From Emiliania huxleyi CCMP1516 (lineage: Eukaryota): a DNA stretch of 64,000 bases. Under the pieces are notes generated by a model. It saw only the letters and a list, made by a program, of their open reading frames with translations. It ran no database searches and was not told the origin of the DNA. Below, piece by piece: positions 21,450-32,352 of this stretch (position 1 is the stretch's first letter; the number at the start of each line of letters is the position of its first letter). The stretch is taken from contig NW_005201792.1 in NCBI RefSeq assembly GCF_000372725.1, forward strand, positions 1,119,440 to 1,183,439, in the 5' to 3' direction. The position numbers and the translations under genes were made by a program.

Positions 21450-22113
21450 CCATTTGCACTCGAGACACGCAACTGTTATGAAGTTTAAGAGTCAAGGTGG
21501 CCGCACCCGATTTTGCCGATTTATTGTAGATGCAATGGAGAGTGTGTCAAAACGTCACGAAAATGCAGGGGGACAATCGACAAAATTTGGACAAGGCCGA
21601 GCGTTTTTAATCTCTGGCTCGGTCAGTCAGTGGGGCTGGGTGGGGGGGCCGAGCCGCCTCGGGGTGGCGGGCGGGCGGGCGTTTTGAAAAACAGAAAACA
21701 GAAAACAAGAGGGGGCCCGGGGGCCCAGGCCCCCCACTGGGAGTAGAAAATACGCCCAAGGGGGCCAAGGAGGCGGCGCGGGGAAGCAGCATCAGGTGGG
21801 AGCAGGAAGGATGGCGCTTAGGGTCGGCTTTGAACAAGGATTTCCAGGTTTTAGATCAGTATTGGTGTCGGCACACATCCCCACATGAGGTCAGCGGCGC
21901 GCAGCACAGTGCCTCTACTCTCGCACACAGGCTGATTTTGGCTGTGCTTTCGAGTTTATTTTTGTTTTCAGACTAGGGGGCCCAACCCCCTCAGAGGCGG
22001 CGGGCGGGCGCCCACTGACCGAGAGATATCAAAAACGCCTTTTTGCTTTTAGCTAAAACAGCGCGCATCACCACAATGTCGACTGCAAGTGTTCACAGTC
22101 GACAGTCGGAAGC

Positions 22114-22870
22114 TCAAGCCGCGAGGAAGCGAGCACGGCAGTCCGCCTCTGCGCGCGCCGCCACCTCGCATTCGTGCAGCTCGTCGCGAAGCCGCTCCTC
22201 CGTCGCCGCAGCCCGCGCTCGCTTAGCGAGTGAGTCCCGCTCGGCCATCAGCAGCTGCTCGGCCAGCGCGGCCTTCCGCACCTTGCCGTCGCGCACCGCC
22301 AGCGCGGCGTCGTATTCCGCCTGCCTGGCCTGGCTCTGCTGCAGGTGGCTGGCCAGCAGAGCGTCCAGCTGCTCGCCCGTCGCCGCCTTGACCTGTTCCT
22401 TGAACACCTCCTCCTCACGCGGCCGCTCCTCGATGAGCCGCCGCAGCGCGGCCTCCGCCGCGTCGCCGTCCTGCTTCAACCGCACCACTTCCTCATCGCT
22501 CAGCGCAGCGCGAGCTGCGCTGGCGGTGCGGCGGTGAGCGGGTGGCGCTGCCCCACCGGCGAGGCGGTGAGCGGGTGGAGCTGCCCCACTGGCGAGGCGG
22601 TGAGCGGGTGGAGCTGCCCCGCCGGCGCGGCGAATCGCGCCGCCCTCACCTGCAGTGCTGGGTGGTTCGCCGGCGGGCTGTCTGGAGCGGCGACCATGGG
22701 AAGGGCCGCCTCCGATAACAACCGACGGGTCTGGCGAGCTATCGAACAGGCTACGGCCATCGAGCTGGCCGTCGAGCTGCATCATGGGTGCACCGTGCTT
22801 GCGAAGCGAGGGCCTCGGCGCCAGGTGCAGACCTGGCGCTGCGAAGAGGAGGGCAGCGACGGCGCACATG
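22114..22870 (-). CDS. Hypothetical coiled-coil protein with possible signal/transit peptide
   Basis: MCAVAALLFAAPGLHLAPRPS N-terminus, 33-bp repeat (GAAPPAHRLA x3) and E/A/R/L-rich helical C-terminus. Confidence 0.55.
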
Positions 22871-24625
22871 TGCAATGGACGCGGGCACTCGGTCGCTTGT
22901 GCTCTCGCACTCCACCGCTGCCAGCAACTCAACCAGGGCGTGCAGATCAGCAAAAAGAAAAATCCGCGCGCGCCGCTCCGAAGGAGGGAGACCACTGCGA
23001 AGAGAGATAGACTGAGGCAGACGCCGCGACGGGCCGACTAGCACCACACTGCTCTCCTTAGAATCATAAATGTTAAACGATCCACCTGGCTCTCTATCTA
23101 GATAAAGACTGTTGCAAAAAGTCTGCGGTGCAAAACCCGCCTAAATGAAACTGCGAAAAATGCTGTGACGGCCAGCTCGAGAAAAAAAGTGACGTAGAGC
23201 GCCCACTTAAAGCGTTCGCCGCATACACAAGGTCCGCCTGCGTGCGGCGCCAGCTTCTCAGGGCCATCGCGCGAAAAACGACGGAGGAGATGCATCCTAG
23301 CTGTCGCCACCGAAGGCGACTCGACGCCGCTGAGATCGGAGATCAAGATCTGACAGGTCACACGTCGCTCCTTTGACGCCGACGTGACTCGCCCGTGCAG
23401 AGCACATCAGGACACGGTCTCGACGCGCTCGGTACGACGCCTGCGACCCGTCTCGGGTCAGGTGGCACGACGCTCACATCGCGCCTGCCAGCGCTGCCAT
23501 GCAGGCTGCCACGACGAGGTCGAGCACGCTTCTATACGCTCGCCCAGCCTTCCTTTCCATCCCATTAGGCAGCCTGGGAACAGTGGCGGTCAGAGGCAAA
23601 GCCTACGAGGGGTGGTGGAACCACATGTCACGGCCACCGCCGGCTCGACGCGACGACAGCCTCCGGAGGCTGACTTTGAGGCACCATCATCGGACGACGT
23701 CGACGAGTTGGGTCGCTCTCGCGGACCGGCAGCCAGGTAGCCCCCCATACTAGTAGCACCAGCCATGGCCTCAGGGAGCGCGGGCGAGGGCGCTGGGAGC
23801 AACACGTGGACAAAAAACATTAAAATTCACCCGTATTTAGAGGGTGCGGTGCGTCCTAATCTAAAATCCGAGGATTAAGGATTCAGGCATCGCTTCAGTG
23901 AGGCCAAAGTGAGTTTATGGATGTGTGAGAACGGTACGGGACACGAGGAGGCACGCGGACCAACTCGTCGGCGACTCTGCTGCACGCCGTTTCAGAATTT
24001 TTCTCAGCGTGAGCGAGACGTGGAAGAGTGCCACCGTCGGGTAGGACGGGTCGGCCCGGAGCATCAGAGTAGCCGTCGTGGTCGCGGCGAGCAGCGCCGG
24101 CCACTCCGGCGCCGCGTCGGCAACATGTGAGCATGTCCACCGCCACTTCGCGGTCGCAGCGCTGTTTGTCGCCCAAAACGCCGCTGATCCCTCTGGCGGG
24201 CCAAAGATCGACTCGCATGTCGATTTCGACGCGACGGGCGCATGGAGGCATCACGTCTCCATGCGCCCGTCAAGTCGGAGCCAGTCTGCGGCGACCACAG
24301 CGCTCACCGCAGGGATCGGCGAGCTTTTCAGAGTCAAGCGATTGCGCGAAATCCCACACTCGTGGATTTTGGTACGCACCGCACCCCCTACCGTATTTGC
24401 AACTTCAACTATCCCTTGCCCGTGTGGCGTTGGGTCCGCCGGGAAGCGGGTGCGGGCTGTTTTCTTTCTTTCTTAGGGACACAGTGCCATTCAACCGCCA
24501 CAGCCCGCGCCCACAGAATATGAGAAACGGAACGCATCACTCAGCCGCTCGTGAGAGCAGAGGTTTGCGGACCGCTGGTGCGGCTAGCTAAGGCCCGCCA
24601 CGCAGCCACGCTCCGCGGCTCGCGT

Positions 24626-27600
24626 CTAGACGTCGGCGGGCTGGTTGTCGAGGGTGTGGTTCCTCTCGAGCTCCGCGAACTCGGCGATGAGGTCGTCGAT
24701 GCGCTTGACGCCGTGCACCTGGCGGGGAGGATAGCACTCATCAAAGACGAGTAAGTGCGAATGCACATCTACTAAGAGGCACCTGGTTGTCCCGCGTGCG
24801 CACGTTGACCGTGCCGTTCGCCTCCTCCTCCTTGCCGACGACGAGGATGTAGTTGTACTGCGCGAGCTGCGCCTCGCGCACCATCTTGTTGAGCGTGCGG
24901 TGGCTGTCGTCCAGGTCGACGAAGTAGCCCGCCTTCCGCACTCGTTTCTGCACGGCCCTCGCGTACTCCTCGAAGGCGGGCGAGACGGCCATCACCATCG
25001 CCTGCCGCGGCGAGAGGAAGAAGGGCCACTTGCCGGCGTAGTGCTCGATCAGAATGGCCATCATCCGCTCGACCGAGCCGAGCACTGCCCGGTGCACCTG
25101 GAGGAGCGGCGCGAGTGGCGGCTGGTGCAGCGGCGTTTGGTGCAGTGGCGGCTGGTGCAGCGGCGTGTGGTGCAGTGGCGCGGCGTGCTGTGCGCAGGTC
25201 GCGCGGCTCGGCGGTCCGGGGCTGGGGCGTGGCACCAGCACGGGCCGCTCCTCGGTGGCGACGGCGGCGGCGTCGCCCTCGGTGGTGGCGGCCGAAGTGC
25301 CGGTCGTGTACTTGAGGTCGAAGCGCATGGGCAGGACAAAGTCGAGCTGGGCGGTCGCGCACTGGTGCGGCCGCTTGAGGGCGTCGTACACCTGGACGTC
25401 GATCTTCGGCCCGTAGAAGGCGCCGTCGCCCGGGTTGAGAGTCCAGCTCTGCCCCGTCTTTGCGGAGAACTCGTTGAGGGCCTCCTCCATGAACTGTTCG
25501 GCCTTGACCCACGTCTCGGGGTCGCCGAGCGCGTTCTTGGGCTTGGTCGACAGCTTGAGGGAGAAGGTCATGCCGAGGTACTTGTAGACGGTCGCGATCA
25601 TGTCGAGCACGTTGGCGACCTCCTGCTTGATCTGCGAGACCATGCAGAAGATGTGCCCGTCGTCCTGCTGGAAGCGGCGCACGCGCGTGAGGCCGGTGAG
25701 CGCGCCTGCGGGGCGCGGCGTGGACATGTCACTGGGACGCGTCCTTGGGCGAGAGCCGGTCTCGGCGGGGGAGGCTCGCCCGAGAGCTCGTTGCGGTGCA
25801 GCACGCCGAAGTCGGCCATGCGGAGGGGCAGCTCGCGGTAGGAGCGCTTGCGGTGCTTGAAGAGCATGCAGTGGGCGGGGCAGTTCATCGGCTTGAGGCC
25901 AAACTCCTGCCCCTCGACGTCGAGCAGGAACATGTTCTCCTTGTACTTGGCGGCGTGGCCCGACGTCTCCCACAGCTTGAGGTTGAAGATGTTTGGGGTG
26001 ATGACCTCGTCGTAGTCGCGCTCGAAGTACTCGGCCTTGATCATGTTCATCAGCTTGTTGTAGATGCGCGTGCCGTGCGGCAAGAAGAAGCTCGAGCCGG
26101 GCGAGACCTCGTCGAAGAAGAAGAGCTCCTGCGCGAGATGGCGGGACGTGTCATGGACGTGTCACGCACGCGGCCTGGGCAGGGGCGGCAGCAGAAGGGC
26201 TCCTGCTGCAAGCCGAGCCGGCGGTGGTCGCGCTTCGCTGCCTCCTCCTGCGCGCGCGCCACAGCGGCTGGTGAGCGCTTTGGAGGGGTGGGTCGGAGGG
26301 GTAGTGCGTGCCCTCCTGGCGTGGCGAGGCGTGGGAGGCTGCGTGCGGGCGCGGGAAGCTCGCCTGAAGTCGCTCCCATGCCCTCAGCTCCTTCTTGTCT
26401 GGGAAGGAAATGCCGTACACGCGCTGCAGCTCGTCGTTGCCCGCCTGGCCGAGCCAGTGGGCGGTCGAGTTTTTGGTCAGCTTGAAGGCCTTGACGCAGC
26501 CCGTGCTGGGGAGGTGCGGCCCCTTGCAGAGGTCGATGAAGGGGCCGCAGCGGTAGACGGTCGTCGACGAGCCGTCCGGCAGCTTGGACGAGATGAGGGC
26601 CTTCTTGAAGGGGTTCGCCTGACGAGTCGAGCATGTGTGAGCGGTTGGAGGACTTGAGCTGGGCAAGAGGCTCGAGGGGCTTCGCCTCGAAGATGCGGAG
26701 GCACTCCTCCTTGCTGACCACCACGCGCTCGAAGGGCTGCTTCTGGTCGACGATCAGCTTGGCCCTCGACTCGAGCTGGCCCACCTTCTCCTTGTCCACC
26801 GCCGCCTCCCCCATGAACGAGTCGTAGAAGAAGCCGCCGTCCGTCGGAGGGCCGTGCGTCAGGTGGGCGCCTGATGGGATAGAGACAGGTTGAAAGACAG
26901 GAGGAGGAGCAGAGTGGAGGGCGGTGAGTCAGGCGGGCGCCGAAGAGCGACTCGAGCGCCTCGCCGAGGATGTGCGCCGACGAGTGCCTGCGGACGCGGC
27001 GCAGACGGGCTCAGCCTCCGCCCCTCCCACCATACGCGCCGGCCTGGGGGAGGGAGGGAGGGAGGGAGGGAGAAGGAGGGAGGAGGAGGAGCCGGCGCCA
27101 GAACGTGATTTGCCCCTCCGCGTCGCCAAACTTGTGCAGCTTAAGCTCGCACGAGCCCTCGAGCGGGCGGTTCAGGTCCCACAGCTCCCAGTCTTCGGAA
27201 ACCTCGCCCTCCTCCTCGTCGGGACCGTTTGCCATCGCGACCATTCCAGCCTCCAGCGGCGACGGCAGCCGCTCGCCCTTTGCGTACGAGACGCTCGCGA
27301 CGCAGCACGCCTGCGCCAGGCCCTTGGAGATGGCGGTGGCGATGTCGAGCGGAGAGGTGACGAAGGCGGTCGCGGGGCGGGTCGAGCCGTCGGGCAGCGT
27401 CACGGTGATGGGCGGTTTGGCGACCGACTCCAGGAGTGCAGCTTGCCTCGCCACGACCGCCTCGAGCACGTCGTTGCGGCTCTTCACCCACGCTGGATCG
27501 GGAGCGGGCGAGAAGCTGCCGCCGATGCGCACACCTGCGTCGGTCACTTTGCCTCTGGAGCTGGCCACTGCGCGGCCGCCCTCCTTCCGGCCGTGCGTGC

Positions 27601-27664
27601 TTGGCGAGGGTGCCGAGGCGCTGCCCGCGCACTCCATGCTAGGCGGAGCGGATACGTCCGACAT
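24626..27664 (-). CDS. TARS: Threonyl-tRNA synthetase (about 8 introns)
   Basis: TGS domain (ITVTLPDG), [52 protein letters not shown] and an anticodon-binding C-terminus. Confidence 0.96.
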
Positions 27665-27854
27665 GGGCAAATTTGAGTTGCTTTGCAGAACTGCTCGAGC
27701 GCGCGGTGGTGTGCGGTGAGCTGCGCTCCTCCCGCACGTCGCACAGCTACGAGCTCCGCGTCGATGATGTGCTGCGAGGCGCCCCAGAGAAGGGTGCTGA
27801 AAGCTGCACTCCTATCACGAGAATGTTTACCTGGCGAGCCAGGAGCCACCCAAG

Positions 27855-27922
27855 TGTGTGGTGGCGGCGTGCCGTCCTCCCATCCCTCCCTTGGGTTGTC
27901 TGTTTTCTTTCTTTCTTTCTTT
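27855..27922 (+). mobile_element. 68-bp 3'-end copy of family A retroelement
   Basis: Perfect 12-bp TSD GAGCCACCCAAG (27843-27854, 27923-27934) and (CTTT)n tail. Confidence 0.9.
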
Positions 27923-28061
27923 GAGCCACCCAAGACGCACGCACAAGCAAGCACAGACAGTCAAGAAGGGAGAGACAGCAACGACAGTCAGAAGGCAGCG
28001 CTGGGACATAAAAAGGGCAGCTTGCTTAGAGTGTGCAATCGTTTGACTCCCCGGGGGACAC

Positions 28062-29610
28062 GAAAGAATTTTACAACGAAACTCTCTCGCACGACACTGG
28101 GCACGGGACTGGCGCGCACGAAAGAACACGCGCACGCCCTCACACACATGACAAGCGATCCCACGACAGCGATTGTGGGGACTACATGATCCGTACGTGA
28201 AGGGTGGAGGGGCCCGTCCGCAGAGCTAGGCGGCGTGGGCGCCCCCCACCCACTGGGGCCAGGGGGATCTGCCGCTTGCTTGTTCTTGACGTCGTTGACG
28301 CCACCGCCGCCATCCATGGAGATCTGCTGCGTGTGGTGGACGACAAAGGAGGAGGCGCTCGCCGACGCCGCCCCATACACCGTCCGGTCCGTGTTGGTGC
28401 CCACCGCTTCCTTGGCGAACACGTGGAGGAACTGGTTGGTGGGCGGCGCAATGCCACCCAAAGTTTCCACGAGCACCAGCCGCGTTATGGCTTTCTTGAC
28501 CCACTTCGCGTCGTAGTACTGCGCCCCCATCCACTTCCAGCCTCCATTCTTCTTGACCCACCGGGTCCATACGCGTGGTCTTTGACCCCTCCCTTTCCAG
28601 TCGAGTGGTCGAGCGGTCCGTCCACCTGACGGCCACGCTCCTTGCACCCCACGACCCCCGGTCAACGCCTTGTCTAGCGTGTTTCCAAACCCGTAGAGGT
28701 GGCCCACCGACGCCACATTGCCACCATTGTCCCACGAGCCCCTCCCCGCCGTCGTCGACTTGATGAGAGAGTTCCAGCACTTGACCTCGTAATGCACGTC
28801 CCGCATCGTGGCGAAGTCGCCGCCGAGCTCGCAGATGTGTTGTCAGCGGTCACGGACGTGTCGTTGAGGTGCCGCGTCACCTCGGGCTTTTCCTTGTCCC
28901 CGAGGATGCTGCTGCCAACCGAGCGTGCCCGGATGGCATTCTGGGCGGCCCTTAGCACCCCGTTGTGCTTGGAGGTGCGGTCGCCCTTGTTGGAGTTGGC
29001 GAGGGAGTCGCCCTTGCGCTCTCCCACCGTGACGTGCTTGCCCGCGGCGGCCTGCTCGTACGACGAGAGTGGGCGCAATCACCGACAAGTAGAGCCCGTG
29101 CCTGCGCTGTATCGCCGTCAGGAACATCGCCGACACCATCTTCGTGTGGTGGAGTCCATCAGGGCGCATGTCGAGCCATCCAGCGGCGCCGAACTGGGAG
29201 ATCGAGATGAAGCGAGTCGCCTCCCTGAACTTGATCGCCTCCGACTGCGGCGTGTTTTCGTCGATCTCCTCGCACGCCGCCAGGGCACGCGATCCACGCT
29301 TCGTGGGCCCCGACAGCAGCGAGTGTGCCCTGTTTCGGGACTGGAGAGGTGCTCTGCTGCGTGAAGAGGTGCCAATAGGCGGGATGCGCTGCGCCGACGG
29401 CAAGCATGGACGGACAGAAGCGGCCAAGCTCGTACGTGTGGCCGAGGCCAAACTCCTTGTCTTGTGCACGCTAGATGCGCGCGACATCGCCACGCCGTTG
29501 GCTGATGTCATTGTAGTGCTGCGCAAAGTGCTGCAGCATCGGCACTGTTTCTTCCCCTGGGGAGAGCGGCATGCATGCGCGCATGCTGCCCCGCAGTGCG
29601 ACGGTGTCAC
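28062..29610 (-). mobile_element. Degenerate CRE-like (RLE-type) non-LTR retrotransposon, 3' portion
   Basis: AAGWL..RP...FLTAIQRRHGL, KHNGV, EVK, LVLVETLGG and HTQQIS resemble the post-RT and restriction-like endonuclease region; frameshifted. Its 3' UTR end recurs at 45955-46016. Confidence 0.7.
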
Positions 29611-29796
29611 GTAGGGACGCTGACGGGTAGACCGAGAGGACAGCGGCCGAAATGCTCGCATCCGCCGTTTGTGCGTGCCCGCCGAGGCCGCAGCCACCGA
29701 AGCCCGAAGCGCCCGTCCTGCTGGGCCTCCAAAAGAATAAAAAAACGCGGACAGGGTGCTGAAGGGCTGCATCGTAACACGGTGAGCTCTGCCCGG

Positions 29797-30708
29797 ATGT
29801 CGAGCCACACGGAGGGGGTGAGCGCGCTCCCGAGCGAGCTGTGGCAGATTATTGCCCAGCATCGCCCGTCGACCTCGCGATCACTTCGCAGCATTGTCGC
29901 CTTCGACCGGCGCACTGCTGCAGCGACAGCGATACAACTTGGGTGGCGGCGAGCCGCTCTCGTCTCGCGATGGGCCGAGCCAGTGGGTGGCGTGCACGGC
30001 TCGAACAGGGAGAAGTTGCTCTCTTTTCCGTTCATCGCCGACGTGTCGCCCAGCCGCCGGTCTGTTTACTTGGAGGGGGGCGGCGGTTTCCGCTTCTGGG
30101 CCGCGCATGCCTGCACGAAAAGAGAGCCTCCGCCGCAGCCCGCGCGGCCGCTGACATTCCTCCTCTTGCTCGTCTTGCGTGCCGATGCGAGAGGGAAGCT
30201 TCCCGCGTCTGACGCTGTGAGCATGCGGGTTGTTGGGTTCGAGCCCGGCGAAAAGGGGTACGAGAGGCTGCCTCTGCACCCCGCTCGGCAGCACGAGGAG
30301 GAGGAGGAGGACTCGGTCGACAGTCATTACGACGAGCGCACGACGGAGCAGCTCGACTTGGACCCGGAGCTGGACGACACGGGCCACACGCCCTCCTCGG
30401 CTTGCGTCACGACCGAGTGGGCCTGCTTCGACAAGGTCTTCAAGAGGGGAAGCTCGACCTCGATGGTGAAGACGCTGATGCGCATCGAGGTGCACGCCGG
30501 CGCAGCTGCAGGTGCCGATGGGGGCGGCGCGCCGTTCGCGCTCTTCCACCTGGAGGACGAGTTTGTGACGCGCGTCCATCTGCCCGCAGTCAGCGCTCGC
30601 GCGCAGTACCGCTTGATCGTCTCCCTCTCGTACCGCGGTTACGTGCGGCTTCTCTCCCCGGCGCAGGCGGCGGCCATCGGCGGGAGGACCCAGGAGAGGT
30701 GTTTGTGA
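29797..30708 (+). CDS. Hypothetical protein with possible N-terminal F-box-like motif
   Basis: VSALPSELWQIIAQH start, host-like codon usage, intact ORF. Confidence 0.5.
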   Translation: MSSHTEGVSALPSELWQIIAQHRPSTSRSLRSIVAFDRRTAAATAIQLGWRRAALVSRWAEPVGGVHGSNREKLLSFPFIADVSPSRRSVYLEGGGGFRFWAAHACTKREPPPQPARPLTFLLLLVLRADARGKLPASDAVSMRVVGFEPGEKGYERLPLHPARQHEEEEEDSVDSHYDERTTEQLDLDPELDDTGHTPSSACVTTEWACFDKVFKRGSSTSMVKTLMRIEVHAGAAAGADGGGAPFALFHLEDEFVTRVHLPAVSARAQYRLIVSLSYRGYVRLLSPAQAAAIGGRTQERCL

Positions 30709-31980
30709 TATGATGTGGGTTTGTGATATTTTTGAGGAGCACTTGGAGCACTTGGAGTGCAGTCATCAACCGCACATGCCACATCCAGGGCCGGGGGCTA
30801 GGCCTAGGGGGCCGGGGGGGCCGGGGGGGCCTAAGAAGCACACAAATAAATAAATAAATAAAAACGGTCAAACTCTGAGACGAGATGGGATTTAGGGACA
30901 TGTGTCCCCGCCCTGCACGATCTTGGTGTGAGGGATCTTCAATCCGTCCCCTCACCCCCTGGTCACTACGGTTTACCCGACACTAGAAGAGCAGCAAGAG
31001 TTGGGGCTGCGACTACGGCTGCGGCTGCGGGAGGGGCTATGGTCGCGGGAGAGCCGCTGCGCCGCGTGGGCGCGCCTACACCGCGCTTGCTCCGCTCGCC
31101 ACCTCTCGCAAAGGTCCAAAGTCATAGCACACATTAGGGTTGCCTAACGTTAATTTGGGGCCTAACAGTTGCGCTATTGTTGGCTGAAATCCTTAACTTT
31201 GTTCAAGTGTTCACCCCAGCCCATGCTGTTACTGTTTGTTACTGTTGTTACTGTTGCTGATCTGTTGTTCAGCGGCCAGCGCAAGCAGAAAATGGCAAAA
31301 AAACCGGGTAAACCCCGAAAATACCTGGATTTTTCCGGGTCATTTTCGGCTATTACCCGCACTGGACACTAGAGATCGTCGTGGGTCACTGCCAGGCCTT
31401 CCTTACTGTTGTTCAGTCCGTGCAAGCCCCACCCGGGCGGCGGGTGGACCAAGGGGCGTTCCGCCCTGCTTGCTCTAGGTGAAACGTCTGAGGGCTCCAG
31501 CCGGCCGAGAAGGCCCCACTATCCGAACTGTCATCAACCGGTATGGAGACGAGTGGGAGGTCGGCGATGGACATGTCGGGGGCACTGGCGGACTGGTCGA
31601 AACGACCGTTGTGGACGCTCCCCCGCCCGCGGTCGCGCCGTCCGCCCTCGTGGACACCGTCGGCGCCGCCGCCGTGACGAGGAATGAGAGTGTAGGAGCC
31701 ATCGATGTGGAAGATGACCCAATCATCGATGTACTCGTAGACAGTCTCGTAGGGGCGAGGTTCGACAGAAGAGGCTGCTATCCATCGCTGCCGGACGCAA
31801 GGCCAGACGTGGGCATCCTCGACTCCGTCGGCTCGAGCAGCAGCGTAGGCGATGTCAAGCTGACAACGCCGGTCAACAGCAGCGGCGCAGTCGACGGGAA
31901 ACAGGGAGCAGGTAAGTGGGATGCGCCCATGCTCTGAAGTGAGTTCTTTGACTAATGTCACACATGTTGGGAGACTGATG

Positions 31981-32089
31981 GGTCAAAAGCATAGATCGTC
32001 AATCGATCGACGCGTCGCGCCTTTGCCGATCCGCATAGTGAGGTTCTTGGCTGGCGCGCCCCACAGCTCTTCACAACGAACCTGGTTCT
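31981..32089 (+). repeat. Second copy of the dispersed repeat at 5363-5455
   Basis: Reverse-complement match by eye. Confidence 0.8.
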
Positions 32090-32352
32090 CCCCTGGCGAG
32101 GTACTTCCAGCCTGCTGTGGGAACAGCTGACGCAGTCTCGGGTCCCCGGGCAAGGGGGGACCCATAAATAAAGAAATACAACGGACATCCCAAGCTAGGG
32201 GGGACCCCGTGAGGTTCGCCGGGTTGTTCCCTATTATTCCCAGGGCTCGCGCTCTCTCGTCCTGCCCGCCCAGAAAACGGAGACCGCGGCGCGTAGGCTA
32301 GCCTGTGCGCCCGATCGCCAGCCTCGGTGCGCCCGACGAGGCGTCTGCGCCC

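Noticed and set aside
21640..22015. Imperfect direct repeat GGGGGCC...CCTC...GGCGGGCGGGCG in intergenic DNA
   Set aside because: Probably transposon subterminal debris, but ends and family could not be defined.
31135..31375. AT-rich segment starting TAGGGTTGCC, like a hAT transposon end
   Set aside because: No convincing matching right TIR or 8-bp TSD was found.
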